A stretch of 64,000 bases of DNA from Syntrophales bacterium (GCA_963665615.2 CAXXQE010000008.1:868001-932000); one strand, 5' to 3'. Positions 29,020 to 42,248 are shown, counted from the first letter of the stretch. The notes: generated from the sequence alone by a model not told the origin. Program-made: numbers and translations.

Positions 29020-29250
29020 TTATGGATTTTGTTTCAGCCAAGCCTCCTGGAAGAGTCGTCCAACGGCAAGGAAAACAGCCAGGATGAGCAGGCCGATCAT
29101 GAAACTGGGAGCCGTTCCGAACAGCCGGTCAAGGCGGTAGCCGATGTAGAGGAAGAGAAAAGAGCTGATCACAATAGCAAAGCTCCAGGCACTTAACATC
29201 AGAATCTGTGCAACCTGTCCCGATTCGTTTCTTTGCTTCGCAACTAACAT
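29020..29250 (-). CDS. AtpZ/AtpI (ATPase gene 1)-like small membrane protein
   Basis: 76 aa, two TM helices joined by IGYRLDRLFGTAPSF, matching the GxxLDxxxGTxP family pattern; SD AGAGGA. Confidence 0.75.
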   Translation of the reverse strand: MLVAKQRNESGQVAQILMLSAWSFAIVISSFLFLYIGYRLDRLFGTAPSFMIGLLILAVFLAVGRLFQEAWLKQNP

Positions 29251-29292
29251 GTTCTTTCTCCTCTTGCTGATGCTGACCAGGCCGTCTCGTTA

Positions 29293-29568
29293 CTAGCTGA
29301 CCATCGTTTTGATCATATCAACGACGGGGTTCGTGAAGAGGGACACCAGAATTGTATACAGGGCGAAACTGCCGATGGCCTCTCCCAGGTAAAGCTCCTC
29401 GTACTTCTTCTTAAGGGAAACAATGATCAGACCGCCGACAATCACTGCTCCCATGTGGAAATAGGGGAAATTACCTGATCCCGCTGAAGAGAACTCGGCG
29501 AAGCCGAAAGAAGCCGATACCAGAACCACAAAGCCCGAGAGTACCAAAGTCGATAACATTTTTTTCAT
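29293..29568 (-). CDS. Small hypothetical membrane protein
   Basis: 91 aa; signal-like N-terminus plus two hydrophobic segments; SD GAGGAAGG before ATG 29568. Confidence 0.7.
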   Translation of the reverse strand: MKKMLSTLVLSGFVVLVSASFGFAEFSSAGSGNFPYFHMGAVIVGGLIIVSLKKKYEELYLGEAIGSFALYTILVSLFTNPVVDMIKTMVS

Positions 29569-29634
29569 GATCCCTTCCTCCAAGTTTACTCTCATTGAGT
29601 TGAGATGATTTTGTCGTTGTTTGATTTTATATAT

Positions 29635-29651
29635 ATGAAATTATCGTGCCA
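29635..29651 (-). promoter_or_regulatory. Putative sigma-54 (-24/-12) promoter
   Basis: Minus strand TGGCACGATAATTTCAT: perfect -24 box with TC instead of GC at -12, about 70 bp upstream of ATG 29568. Confidence 0.6.
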
Positions 29652-29983
29652 TCGCTGAACGAACGGCGAGCCAGAAATCTATCCATGTGAAATATAAAGG
29701 AAAATATAAAAATGTGCTTTGGGGGGCACCTTCTCCCGTACCACGAGTTTTGAACAAAATATCAAACGGCATTGAACGAATCTTTCAAAAGAGAAACTGC
29801 CTTCCAGGCTGTCACCGAACGACAAAGGGCGAAACCCTAGCGCGGAAGAAACATGGAAAAAAGAGTCAAAGTCCTTTGGAAAAGGTGGTATAAGTCCCTG
29901 GAGAATTTTAAAATCAACACTTCAAGAGAGTTGTTTTTGGCGTCAGCCCATAGAGAAATGACCCATTGCAAGGAGGTCCCCAA

Positions 29984-30562
29984 ATGGCCGATCAGGACAT
30001 TCTTTGTCGATATTTCCCCGGTGCGGGTGCAGAAAACACGGCCTCACTGCTAGAGGCGGTTGCTCGTCGGGCGGCAGATCTTTCCGTCCGCAAAATTCTG
30101 GTGGCGACCTGCTCGGGTGAGACGGCATTGGCCGCGGTGAAACAACTGGGACGACCATTCCAGGTTATCGCCATCACGCATGTGGCAGGCTTTGCCAAAC
30201 CCAACACCCAGGAACTCACGAGCGGCAACCGCAAAAAACTGGAGGAAGCCGGCGTGACGATCTTTACGGGTCAGCACGCCTTTGGCGGGGTGGGACGGGC
30301 GGTTCGAAACAAGCTGTCTACGTATCAGATCGATGAAATCATGGCCTATACCCTGCGCACCTTTGGTCAGGGCGTCAAGGTGGCGATCGAGATCGCGCTG
30401 ATGGCGGCCGATGCCGGGCTGGTACGGACCGATGAGGATGTCATTGCGATTGGCGGAACGGCCTCAGGCGCCGATACGGCCCTGTTGCTTCAACCGGGCA
30501 ACAGCAGTCGCTTTTTCGATCTGAAGGTCAGGGAGATTATCTGCAAGCCCCTGGACTTTTGA
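29984..30562 (+). CDS. Stand-alone pyruvate kinase C-terminal (alpha/beta) domain protein, COG1751-like
   Basis: YFPGAGAENT, VATCSGETA, THVAGF, TLRTFGQGVKVAIEIALMAADAG, GADTA, REIICKP. ATG 29984 after AGGAGG. Confidence 0.85.
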   Translation: MADQDILCRYFPGAGAENTASLLEAVARRAADLSVRKILVATCSGETALAAVKQLGRPFQVIAITHVAGFAKPNTQELTSGNRKKLEEAGVTIFTGQHAFGGVGRAVRNKLSTYQIDEIMAYTLRTFGQGVKVAIEIALMAADAGLVRTDEDVIAIGGTASGADTALLLQPGNSSRFFDLKVREIICKPLDF

Positions 30563-30576
30563 GGATTCAAGGGGGC

Positions 30577-30721
30577 GAGGGACGGGCGGATTGTGCGACG
30601 GCTCTCTGCCGCTCAGAAATCTTTTTCCGTCATGTTTGGTGTCGGATTGCCAATACCGTCGGGTCGGAAAAATATTTGATTCGCGTTTGAGACCCGTCGC
30701 GCAATCCGCCCTGTGTTCCTC
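30577..30721. other. Long intergenic rod-like inverted repeat (structured RNA or MITE-like element)
   Basis: 30584-30606 pairs with 30689-30711 (21/23); 30617-30629 pairs with 30665-30677 (12/13); outer GAGGGAC pairs with GTTCCTC. Confidence 0.7.
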
Positions 30722-30828
30722 CGGCCAAGGTATCGGGACCAAATCGGCGACGTCCCCCTCGGTTTTTTACAAGGCCGTCACTATTTACCGTTTACTGTTT
30801 ATTACTCACTTATTCAGGGAGAATACCC

Positions 30829-32028
30829 ATGCTGAATGACGCGCAGTTCAACAAATACGCCGATGTGCTGTTGTGGGGACTCATGACGGCCCGCAAGAAG
30901 AAATTCAAAAAGGGAGATCTCGTCCTGGTGCAGTTCGATCCGGCGGCGATGCAGCTGGCGGAGCTTCTGCAGGGGCGTATTCTGGATCAAGGGATGCACC
31001 CGGTCTGCCGAATGGTGCAGAGCCACGTCATGGAACAGAACTTCTATAAAAAGGCTGACGACCGACAGCTGGTCTATCTGGTGCCGGGGGATCGGACGCT
31101 TTACGAAAACATCAACGGCCGAATTTTTCTTCATGCTCCGGACTCACTGACCCACCTGAGTTCCGTCGATCCTGACCGAATCGGGCGGGCGCTGGTCGCC
31201 CGGAAGATCTATCGGGAAATTATGAACAAACGGGAAGATCAGGGCGCATACAGCTGGACGCTTTGCACCCTGCCGACCGAAGAACTGGCGAGGCAGGCGC
31301 GCCTCAGTCTCAAGGATTACACCGATCAGATCGTTCGAGCCTGTTATCTCGACAAGAGGGACCCCGTCGGTGAGTGGGCCCGGATCTATGAAGAAGTCGG
31401 GGCCATCAAGAAATGGCTGAACCGTCTGCCGATCAGGGAACTGCATATCGAATCCGAAAACATGGACATCCGGGTGACGCCGGGCGCCAAGCGCAAGTGG
31501 CTCGGTGTGTCAGGGCATAACATCCCCAGCTTTGAAATTTTTCTGTCCCCGGACTGGCGCGGAACCGAGGGTGTGTACTACGCCAATCAGCCGTCTTTCC
31601 GTAGCGGCAACTATGTGGAAAATGTCAGACTGGTTTTTGAGCGAGGAACGGTCACGAAGGTCATGGCCGGGAAAGGCAAAAAGTTTGTCGAGAAGCAACT
31701 CGCCATGGATGCGGGCGCGGGTCGAGTCGGGGAGTTCTCGCTGACCGATCGGCGTTTCTCACGAATCGACCGGTTCATGGCCGATACGCTCTTCGACGAG
31801 AACTTTGGTGGTCAGTACGGCAACTGTCACCTGGCCGTCGGTTCTTCCTACGCCGATACCTACGCGGGCAATCCGGCGGAATTGACGCCGGCCATGAAGA
31901 AAAAACTCGGCTTCAACGACTCGGCCCTCCATTGGGATCTCGTCAACACCGAAGACAAGGTGGTTACGGCAACGTTGCCGTCAGGTGAAGAAAAAGTGAT
32001 CTATGAGGGCGGCATTTTCAAGTACTAA
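30829..32028 (+). CDS. Aminopeptidase, peptidase M29 (AmpS/PepS-like)
   Basis: NIPSFEIF, GRVGEFSL, TLFDENFGG, HLAVGSSY, NDSALHWDLV. Confidence 0.9.
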   Translation: MLNDAQFNKYADVLLWGLMTARKKKFKKGDLVLVQFDPAAMQLAELLQGRILDQGMHPVCRMVQSHVMEQNFYKKADDRQLVYLVPGDRTLYENINGRIFLHAPDSLTHLSSVDPDRIGRALVARKIYREIMNKREDQGAYSWTLCTLPTEELARQARLSLKDYTDQIVRACYLDKRDPVGEWARIYEEVGAIKKWLNRLPIRELHIESENMDIRVTPGAKRKWLGVSGHNIPSFEIFLSPDWRGTEGVYYANQPSFRSGNYVENVRLVFERGTVTKVMAGKGKKFVEKQLAMDAGAGRVGEFSLTDRRFSRIDRFMADTLFDENFGGQYGNCHLAVGSSYADTYAGNPAELTPAMKKKLGFNDSALHWDLVNTEDKVVTATLPSGEEKVIYEGGIFKY

Positions 32029-32039
32029 GGAATACAACG

Positions 32040-32441
32040 ATGAAACAGTTTACCATCAAGACAGGCATGCGCTCCGAGATGATCGACATCACCCCCCAGG
32101 TTTCCCAGGCCCTTCAGGATCTGCGAGCGGGTCAGGGCATCTGCTATGTCTTTGTCCCTCACACCACGGCTGGGGTGACGATCAACGAAAACGCTGACAA
32201 GGACGTGCGGCGCGATATCCTGGCCGAACTCGACAAGGTGATCCCGCTCAACGACCAGTATCACCACTCCGAGGGAAATTCAGCGGCCCATATCAAGTCA
32301 TCCCTTATGGGGGCGTCGGTGGTGGTTCCCGTAGACAACGGACGGTTGGTGCTCGGAACCTGGCAGTCGATCTTTTTCTGCGAGTTTGACGGCCCGCGCT
32401 CCCGTCACTTTATGGTTACGTTTGTCCCCACGAAAGCCTAG
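32040..32441 (+). CDS. yjbQ: YjbQ family protein (secondary thiamine-phosphate synthase)
   Basis: PHTTAGVTINEN, HSEGNSAAHIKSSL, LGTWQSIFFCEFDGPR. Confidence 0.93.
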   Translation: MKQFTIKTGMRSEMIDITPQVSQALQDLRAGQGICYVFVPHTTAGVTINENADKDVRRDILAELDKVIPLNDQYHHSEGNSAAHIKSSLMGASVVVPVDNGRLVLGTWQSIFFCEFDGPRSRHFMVTFVPTKA

Positions 32442-32488
32442 CGCATCGCATAAGCGATGACAACCCAGAAAAGGAGGAAACGGCTTCG

Positions 32489-33277
32489 ATGAAGATCACG
32501 ATCCTCGGCTCCGGCACCGGTTATCCGACCCTGCGGCGTAGCGCTTGCGCCGTTTTAATGGCGATCGGGGAGGATCGGCTTCTCTTCGATATGGGATTGG
32601 GTACGCTGCGGCGTCTCCTGGAGTCGGGGACCGCATTGTCCGACGTCACGCATATCTTTTTCAGCCATCACCATCCCGACCATTGTGCCGAATTTCCTTC
32701 CTTTCTCTTTGCGAGCAAGTACCCGGCGTCGCTGAGCCGGCAGCGCCCGATTACCGTTATCGGAAGAGGCGTGGATGAGTTGTATGCCCAATTTCGGGGA
32801 ATCTACGGCCGTTGGATCGAACCGGAACCGGCCCTGCTGAATCTGTTGGATCTGGATCGCATTGATCAGCCCAACCTCGCAGCTGCCTCTTTCAGGATCG
32901 AGATTCGTCCCGTGCCCCATATCGAAAGCAGTGTTGGTTACCGTGTTACTGCCAGCGACGGAACGACCGTCGTCTACACCGGTGACACCGCATATTCGGA
33001 AGACGTGGTGGCGCTGGCGCAGGATGCGGATATGCTGATTACCGAGGCGTCTGTCCCCGATGGGCAGGATACGGAGGGACACCTCACGCCGTCGCTGGCG
33101 GGCCGCATTGCCGCTGAGGCTGGCGTCGGGCGACTCGTTCTCACCCATTTCTATCCGGAGTGCGACGGCGTAAATCTCGCGGCGCAGTGCCGCAGAACCT
33201 GGTCGGGCCCGTTGACCCTGGCGGAGGATCTGCTGACGCTGTGGGTTTCAGCGGGCGAGCCGCGAGAAGCGATCTAA
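32489..33277 (+). CDS. MBL-fold metallo-hydrolase, RNase Z/BN-like
   Basis: ILGSGTG, SHHHPDH (HxHxDH), YTGDT, GHLTP, LVLTHFY. Confidence 0.9.
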   Translation: MKITILGSGTGYPTLRRSACAVLMAIGEDRLLFDMGLGTLRRLLESGTALSDVTHIFFSHHHPDHCAEFPSFLFASKYPASLSRQRPITVIGRGVDELYAQFRGIYGRWIEPEPALLNLLDLDRIDQPNLAAASFRIEIRPVPHIESSVGYRVTASDGTTVVYTGDTAYSEDVVALAQDADMLITEASVPDGQDTEGHLTPSLAGRIAAEAGVGRLVLTHFYPECDGVNLAAQCRRTWSGPLTLAEDLLTLWVSAGEPREAI

Positions 33278-33313
33278 ACGCCTTGAAGGTGCTTGAACCT
33301 TCAGAGACAAATC

Positions 33314-33347
33314 AAAAAAGGCCATTGGATTTTCTCCAATGGCCTTT
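33314..33347. terminator. Rho-independent terminator between convergent genes (strongest for rpsA)
   Basis: AAAAAAGGCCATTGGA-TTTTC-TCCAATGGCCTTT. Confidence 0.8.
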
Positions 33348-33374
33348 GCTGTTATAGAGTTTGTTTCGGGACGT

Positions 33375-34556
33375 CTAGCGGATCTTGCCCTTGAGAATGT
33401 CGCCGAGAGATCCCAGGGAAGGCGCAGACCCTTTATCGGCGGTCTTCGCCGGCATGACGTGGGCCTCTTCGTCCTGTTCTGTCTTGTCCAGAACAAGCGA
33501 GATGCGTTTGGCTTCCTTGTCCAGTTTTTCGATGGTAACGGCAACCGTTTGTCCCTGCGCCAGGACGTCGCGGGCATGTTTCAGCTTTTTGCCGGAGGCG
33601 AGTTTGGAGATATGAATCAGACCGTCTATCCCCGGCTCCAAGGTAATAAAGGCGCCGAAATCGGTCAGGCGGCTGACGGAACCGGTGTGCGACGAACCTT
33701 CCGGGTATTTTTCATTGATCTGCAGCCAGGGGTCGGGCAGGGCCTTCTTGAGGCTTAGGGCGACTCGGCCCTTTTCCCAATCCAGCTTGATAATCACGGC
33801 CTCGACTTCCTGCCCTACGGTCAAAATGTCATGGATGTCCTTGACAGGCGCCCAACTGACTTCCGACATGGGGATCAGCCCCTGCATCCCGCCCAAATCG
33901 ATGAAGGCGCCAAATTTCTGAAGAGATGTGATTTTGCCCTTCAGAAGCATGCCTTCCTGGAGGGTGCTTTTTAGATCCTCGCGTTTTGCTTCGCGTTCTT
34001 TTTCCAGAATGGCCCGATGCGAAACAATGACATTGCGCCCTCTCTCCGAGTAATCAATAATTTTGAAAAAGAGACGTTTGCCAACGTAATCGGCGGCATT
34101 TTCAACTCTTGCGATAGACATTTGGGAGAAAGGACAGAAGGCGCGAGTGTTGCCGGCGATTTTAATCTGGAATCCGCCCTTGACCTCCTTATCAACGACA
34201 CCTTCAACGGGAATGCCCCCCTTCCACGCACTTTCCAGAAACGAACGGGCAGCCGCGCCGCCTACAATTTTCGTGGTGAAGTGCTTCTCGTTGTTGCGGG
34301 CTTCCAGGAAGTAAACGCGAATGCTCTCGCCTTCCTGAACGGTCAGATTGCCGTTTTCATCGACGACCTCTCTTTTGTCAAGGTAGCCTTCTGTCTTCCC
34401 GTCTAGATTGAGGAACACCCAATCACCGGTGATGTTAACGATTTCCGCCTCGACTGCCGTGCCGGGTCTCAACCGGACCGATTTGTCATGCGCGCTTTCC
34501 TCTAAGAGCTCGGCAAAGCTCTTTTCTTTTTCCTGTTCACGATTATCCTGTTCCAT
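33375..34556 (-). CDS. rpsA: 30S ribosomal protein S1, short four-domain form
   Basis: SFAELLEES N-terminal helix and four S1 repeats (e.g. FGAFIDLGGMQGLIPMSEVSW, FGAFITLEPGIDGLIHISKL). Start 34556 or 34574. Confidence 0.88.
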   Translation of the reverse strand: MEQDNREQEKEKSFAELLEESAHDKSVRLRPGTAVEAEIVNITGDWVFLNLDGKTEGYLDKREVVDENGNLTVQEGESIRVYFLEARNNEKHFTTKIVGGAAARSFLESAWKGGIPVEGVVDKEVKGGFQIKIAGNTRAFCPFSQMSIARVENAADYVGKRLFFKIIDYSERGRNVIVSHRAILEKEREAKREDLKSTLQEGMLLKGKITSLQKFGAFIDLGGMQGLIPMSEVSWAPVKDIHDILTVGQEVEAVIIKLDWEKGRVALSLKKALPDPWLQINEKYPEGSSHTGSVSRLTDFGAFITLEPGIDGLIHISKLASGKKLKHARDVLAQGQTVAVTIEKLDKEAKRISLVLDKTEQDEEAHVMPAKTADKGSAPSLGSLGDILKGKIR

Positions 34557-34865
34557 TTTCCTCTCGTCGATCAATTATTCCCATGTTTCGGCTGATCTGG
34601 CCGGGGTAAGAAAAACTATATAATACATTTTGTGCGTATTTTCCATAGTCTTCTTCATCAGCTTAAAAAAAGACGGATTCGATGTTCAGATTACCCGCTT
34701 TTCGTCTTGACTTCCCCTTTCCCATTTCCTATATAGTGCCCGGCTATTAATACAAATTTGGCTCTTTTTAAAAAAAATAAATACATAATTGTAAAAAATG
34801 TGGGCATTCACTGCGGATGTCCTCTTAACAAAAAACCGATTTCCCAACCCCGGGAGGAAGAGCTT

Positions 34866-38066
<3,201 letters not shown>

Positions 38067-38075
38067 CGAATTTTT

Positions 38076-38147
38076 CAGCGAGCACGCTCCCCGTGGTTTG
38101 CCGCGGGGTAAGCGAGCGACCTTGGATGAGACATCTACCTCGGGACT
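38076..38147 (+). repeat. Second repeat family (CCCCG..TTGC..CGGGG hairpin element), copy 1
   Basis: Hairpin CCCCGTGG-TTTG-CCGCGGGG, then TAAGCGAGCG..ACATCTACCTCGGGA; aligns without gaps to 48875-48946. Confidence 0.7.
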
Positions 38148-38181
38148 CTTCAATAACCCTTCGGGAGAAACGGACAGAGAG

Positions 38182-39576
38182 ATGAAGGACGTTCAGGACA
38201 ATTGCGGCGTATTTGGACTTTACTCGAAAGATCCCTGCGCTTGGGACATCTATCACGGGATCGATTTCTTACAGCACCGCGGCCAGCAGTATTGCGGCAT
38301 CGCCACCTATGACAATGGCATCCGTCAGGTAACCCATTCGGGGCGTGTCGGCGTCAAATTCAATCTGCAGGAGCTCGCGTCCCTCGCGGGCACGTTCGGT
38401 ATCGGCCACGTCAGCCTCTGGGAACGTCAGCCCATCACGCTTTACTCCAAACACGGGGAGATCGCCGTGGCCTTCAGCGGCAATATCATCAACGCCGACA
38501 AACTGATCGCCGAGATGAAACAACGCGGCATCGCCTTTCACGGCAATTATCACATCGAAATCATCGCCAACATCATCATGCAGGAAAAGGACATCGTCGC
38601 CGGTTTGTCGGCCCTGTCGAAAAAGATCGAAGGCGCCTATTCCCTTGTCGTTCTTGCAAAGGAAGGGATCTACGTGACGCGCGACCTCTACGGGTTCCGG
38701 CCGCTGGTTCTCGGAAAGGATGCCAGACGTTTTGCCGCTGCCTCGGAATCTCGGGCGCTGCATAACCTGGATATGGAGATAGAGCGCGATATACGCCCTG
38801 GGGAGATCGTCCTCGTCGACGGCAAGGGCTTCCATTCGCTCAAGCAGCTTAAGTCGCCGCGCCGTGCCCATTGCGCTTTCGAGTGGGCCTATACGGCCAG
38901 CATCGACTCCATCTTGGATGGCCTGTATGTCCAGGAAGCGCGCAGTAATTTGGGCGAGGCCCTTGCACAGCGGGACTTTGATGAAAAGGAACCTGTCGCT
39001 GACATTGTCGCGCCGGTTCCCATGTCCGGTATCGGCCATGCCCTGGGATATCACAAGAAGTCGGGGATTCCGTATCAGGAGGTCTTTCTCTACAACCGCT
39101 ATGCCGATCGGAGTTATACGCAGTCCACGCAGAAGGAACGCGAGCTGATGGCCAAACGGAAGCTTTCCGTTTTGCGCTATGCCGTCGCGGGGAAGAAGGT
39201 TCTCATCTGCGACGATTCAATCGTTCGAGGGACTCAGATTCGGGACAAGGTCAACGAACTGAAGAACGCCGGCGCGGCCGAGGTTCATGTCCGGATCGCC
39301 TGTCCTCCCCTGATGTACCCCTGCCGATTCGGTGTTTCGACCCGTTCGTCTGAAGAACTGATCGCCCGGCATCTTCTGAAAAAAGGGGATATCAAGACCA
39401 TGACGCAGTTGAAAGCACTGGAAAGCTGGATTGCGGCCCAGATCAACGCCGACTCTGTCAAGTTCAACAGCATTGATGCCTTTGTGGGGGCGCTCGGGCT
39501 GCCGCGGGAATCATTGTGCCTGTTCTGTTGGGATGGACGGTCCCCGCTCCAATCGGTAACCCGTCACGCTCGTTAA
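38182..39576 (+). CDS. purF: Amidophosphoribosyltransferase, atypical glutaminase domain
   Basis: Propeptide then CGVFG, LQHRGQ, RDLYGFRPL, PRPP motif CDDSIVRGT, Fe-S Cys (HCAFE, YPCRFG, CLFC). Start ATG 38182. Confidence 0.88.
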   Translation: MKDVQDNCGVFGLYSKDPCAWDIYHGIDFLQHRGQQYCGIATYDNGIRQVTHSGRVGVKFNLQELASLAGTFGIGHVSLWERQPITLYSKHGEIAVAFSGNIINADKLIAEMKQRGIAFHGNYHIEIIANIIMQEKDIVAGLSALSKKIEGAYSLVVLAKEGIYVTRDLYGFRPLVLGKDARRFAAASESRALHNLDMEIERDIRPGEIVLVDGKGFHSLKQLKSPRRAHCAFEWAYTASIDSILDGLYVQEARSNLGEALAQRDFDEKEPVADIVAPVPMSGIGHALGYHKKSGIPYQEVFLYNRYADRSYTQSTQKERELMAKRKLSVLRYAVAGKKVLICDDSIVRGTQIRDKVNELKNAGAAEVHVRIACPPLMYPCRFGVSTRSSEELIARHLLKKGDIKTMTQLKALESWIAAQINADSVKFNSIDAFVGALGLPRESLCLFCWDGRSPLQSVTRHAR

Positions 39577-39598
39577 CAAATTATCCTGCTTTGTTATG

Positions 39599-39640
39599 CG
39601 CTCCGCCTCTTTTTAAAAAAGTGACGGAGCGTTCTTTTTC
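39599..39640 (+). terminator. Rho-independent terminator after carB-purF
   Basis: CGCTCCG..CGGAGCG stem followed by TTCTTTTT. Confidence 0.65.
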
Positions 39641-39770
39641 CTCTGCTAACCCTTCCACTTGCGCGGGTCTTTTCTATCGCGTGTTATGATTTGATAAAGC
39701 ATTGGACATCCCCCCATAAGTGTACTAGATTTTTAGGACGATTTTTGAACTTCTCTGTGGAGGTTTTGGC

Positions 39771-42248
39771 ATGGCCGGAAGAACGACATTCGAGGAGGTT
39801 CCTGTAGAGAAACTGCGGTGGCGCTGTGATCCCGATTCCCTGGGGTTCGAAAGTACAAACGAATGTGACTATTATGCGGGGATCATCGGTCAAGACAGAG
39901 CCGTCAAGGCCCTGATGATGGGGCTTCAAATCAAGAGTCCCGGTTACAACGTTTATGCATCGGGAAGGTCTGGAACCGGAAAGACCTCCACGATCATGTC
40001 GATTCTCAATCAGATGGACCTGACGGACAAACGCCCCGGCGATATCTGCTACGTCAATAATTTCAAAAACCCCGATATGCCAAAGGTCATCTGTCTCCCT
40101 GCCGGTATGGGAAAGAGTTTTCAGTCGGACATGGACGAGATGATTGCCTACCTCAGGAGACAACTTCCCTTCATCTTCGAGAGCGAGACTTTCAAAAAAG
40201 AATCGGAAGAGATGATTGAACAGTACCGGACCAAGCAGATCGAGCTATTCCGGGAGTTCAATGAAAATATTTCCAAGGAAAATTTCCAGCTGGTGCAAAT
40301 TCAGATTGGACCCTTTACCCGTCAAGACATCGTACCGCTCTATGAAGGCAAGCCTGTTCCGATTGAACAACTTGAGTCACTCGTCGAACAGGACAAGTTC
40401 GATCGTGAGGAGCTTGAGAAGATCAAAAAGAAACTGATCGAGTTTCGCATCGAGCTTGATTCTTTGATGCGCGAGACCCGACAGATCGAACGCGATCTGC
40501 GTGCCGAGACCGAACAACTCGAACACCGGACGGGGCTTCCTGTGGTGAGCGGGGTTATTTCAGATATCCGTGTCAAATATGCCCAGAATCACGACAAGGT
40601 CAACAGTTATCTGGATGAAGTTCAGGAGAACATTCTTAGCAATCTCAAACTTCTCAAAGAGCGAGAGGAAGAGCAACCGGCTGCGCAACCTATGATGCCG
40701 GTGATGCAACCCTCTGCAGCCTCTCGGTTTCTGGAGTATAAAGTCAACGTGCTGGTCGACAATTCCCACACGGAGAAGCGTCCAGTGATCTTCGAGACCG
40801 ATCCGAATTTCAAGAATCTCTTCGGCACGATCGAGCGCGAAATTGACCGGTCAGGGTTCTGGAAAACCGATTTTACGAAAATCAAGGCGGGCTCGATGCT
40901 GCGTGCCAACGGCGGGTTCATTGTTTTCAACGCTTACGATGCTCTGATCGAACCCGGTGTCTGGTTTACGCTCAAGCGGACCCTCAAGAACATGAGCCTC
41001 AATCTTCAGCCGTATGATCCCTATGGTTTTATCCCGACTGCACTCAAGCCCGAGCCGATCGATCTCGATATCAAGGTTATCATGATCGGCGACGCTTATA
41101 TCTACTACCAGCTCTATCATCTGACTGACGATTTCAGGAAGATCTTCAAGACCAAGGCAGATTTCGACACGGAGATGCCCAACGAGGCAAAGCATATCCA
41201 GGAATACATCTGTTTTATAAAGAAGATCATCGACGATGAAAAGCTGCTGCCCTTCGACAAGAAGGCGGCCGCGGCCATCATCGAGTTCGGCACGCGGTTG
41301 ACGGGACGGCAGAAGAAGCTCTCGACGCGCTTTGTCGAGATCGCCGATCTCGTCCGCGAGGCCGGTTTCTGGGCGCAACAGGAAGGCAGCGACGTCGTCT
41401 CGGACATTCATGTCGACAAGGCCTACGACGAGAAGATCCGGCGCGCCGCCATGATCGAGGACAAGATCCAGGAGATGATCGACGACGGAACGATCATGAT
41501 CGATACCGATGAGGCGGTGGTCGGTCAGGTTAACGGCCTGTCGGTCTATGACATGGGGGACCATGCTTTCGGCAAACCGAGCCGGATCACGGTTCAGACC
41601 TCCATTGGCCGAGCCGGGGTCATCAATATCGAACGGGAGGCGAAACTCTCCGGCAGCACGCACGATAAAGGCGTTTTGATTCTTGAGGGGTATATCCGGG
41701 GGAAATACGCGCAGGACAAGCCTCTTACGATGAGCGCCAGCATTGCCTTCGAGCAGTCTTACGGCGGCGTAGACGGTGACAGCGCGTCCTCGACGGAGAT
41801 GTATGCGATTTTGTCGAGTCTTTCCGGCGTTCCCATCCGCCAGGATATTGCGGTAACAGGCTCGATGAATCAAAGGGGGGAGATCCAGCCGATCGGCGGC
41901 GTGAATTACAAGATTGAAGGTTTCTTCGACGTCTGCAAGGCCCGCGGACTTACCGGTCGGCAGGGCGTAATGATCCCAGCTCTCAATGTGCCCGAGCTTA
42001 TGCTGAAGAAAGAGGTGGTTCGCGCGATTGCCGACGGGAAATTCCATATCTATGCCGTCAAGCACATCGACGAGGGCATCGAACTGTTGACGGGCGTCGT
42101 GGCCGGCGTTAAAGATGCGGAAGGGTATTATCCCAAGGGGACGATCAACTGCCTTGTCGATGAAAAGCTCAAGTCGATCGCACTGAGTCTTAAGGATTTC
42201 GGTGCCGAAGAGAAAAAAACGCCGGATAAGACAACCGAGTCCGTCTGA
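39771..42248 (+). CDS. Lon-like protease (LonC/LonB-type; AAA domain with coiled-coil insert + Lon_C)
   Basis: IIGQDRA, Walker A GRSGTGKT, AGSMLRANGG, Ser-Lys dyad region FEQSYGGVDGDSAS..IGGVNYKIEGF. Confidence 0.9.
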   Translation: MAGRTTFEEVPVEKLRWRCDPDSLGFESTNECDYYAGIIGQDRAVKALMMGLQIKSPGYNVYASGRSGTGKTSTIMSILNQMDLTDKRPGDICYVNNFKNPDMPKVICLPAGMGKSFQSDMDEMIAYLRRQLPFIFESETFKKESEEMIEQYRTKQIELFREFNENISKENFQLVQIQIGPFTRQDIVPLYEGKPVPIEQLESLVEQDKFDREELEKIKKKLIEFRIELDSLMRETRQIERDLRAETEQLEHRTGLPVVSGVISDIRVKYAQNHDKVNSYLDEVQENILSNLKLLKEREEEQPAAQPMMPVMQPSAASRFLEYKVNVLVDNSHTEKRPVIFETDPNFKNLFGTIEREIDRSGFWKTDFTKIKAGSMLRANGGFIVFNAYDALIEPGVWFTLKRTLKNMSLNLQPYDPYGFIPTALKPEPIDLDIKVIMIGDAYIYYQLYHLTDDFRKIFKTKADFDTEMPNEAKHIQEYICFIKKIIDDEKLLPFDKKAAAAIIEFGTRLTGRQKKLSTRFVEIADLVREAGFWAQQEGSDVVSDIHVDKAYDEKIRRAAMIEDKIQEMIDDGTIMIDTDEAVVGQVNGLSVYDMGDHAFGKPSRITVQTSIGRAGVINIEREAKLSGSTHDKGVLILEGYIRGKYAQDKPLTMSASIAFEQSYGGVDGDSASSTEMYAILSSLSGVPIRQDIAVTGSMNQRGEIQPIGGVNYKIEGFFDVCKARGLTGRQGVMIPALNVPELMLKKEVVRAIADGKFHIYAVKHIDEGIELLTGVVAGVKDAEGYYPKGTINCLVDEKLKSIALSLKDFGAEEKKTPDKTTESV

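Noticed and set aside
30577..30721. Calling the long hairpin 6S RNA
   Set aside because: It is shorter than typical 6S, lacks a clear large central bubble, and is not in the usual zapA/ygfA context; kept only as an unassigned structure.
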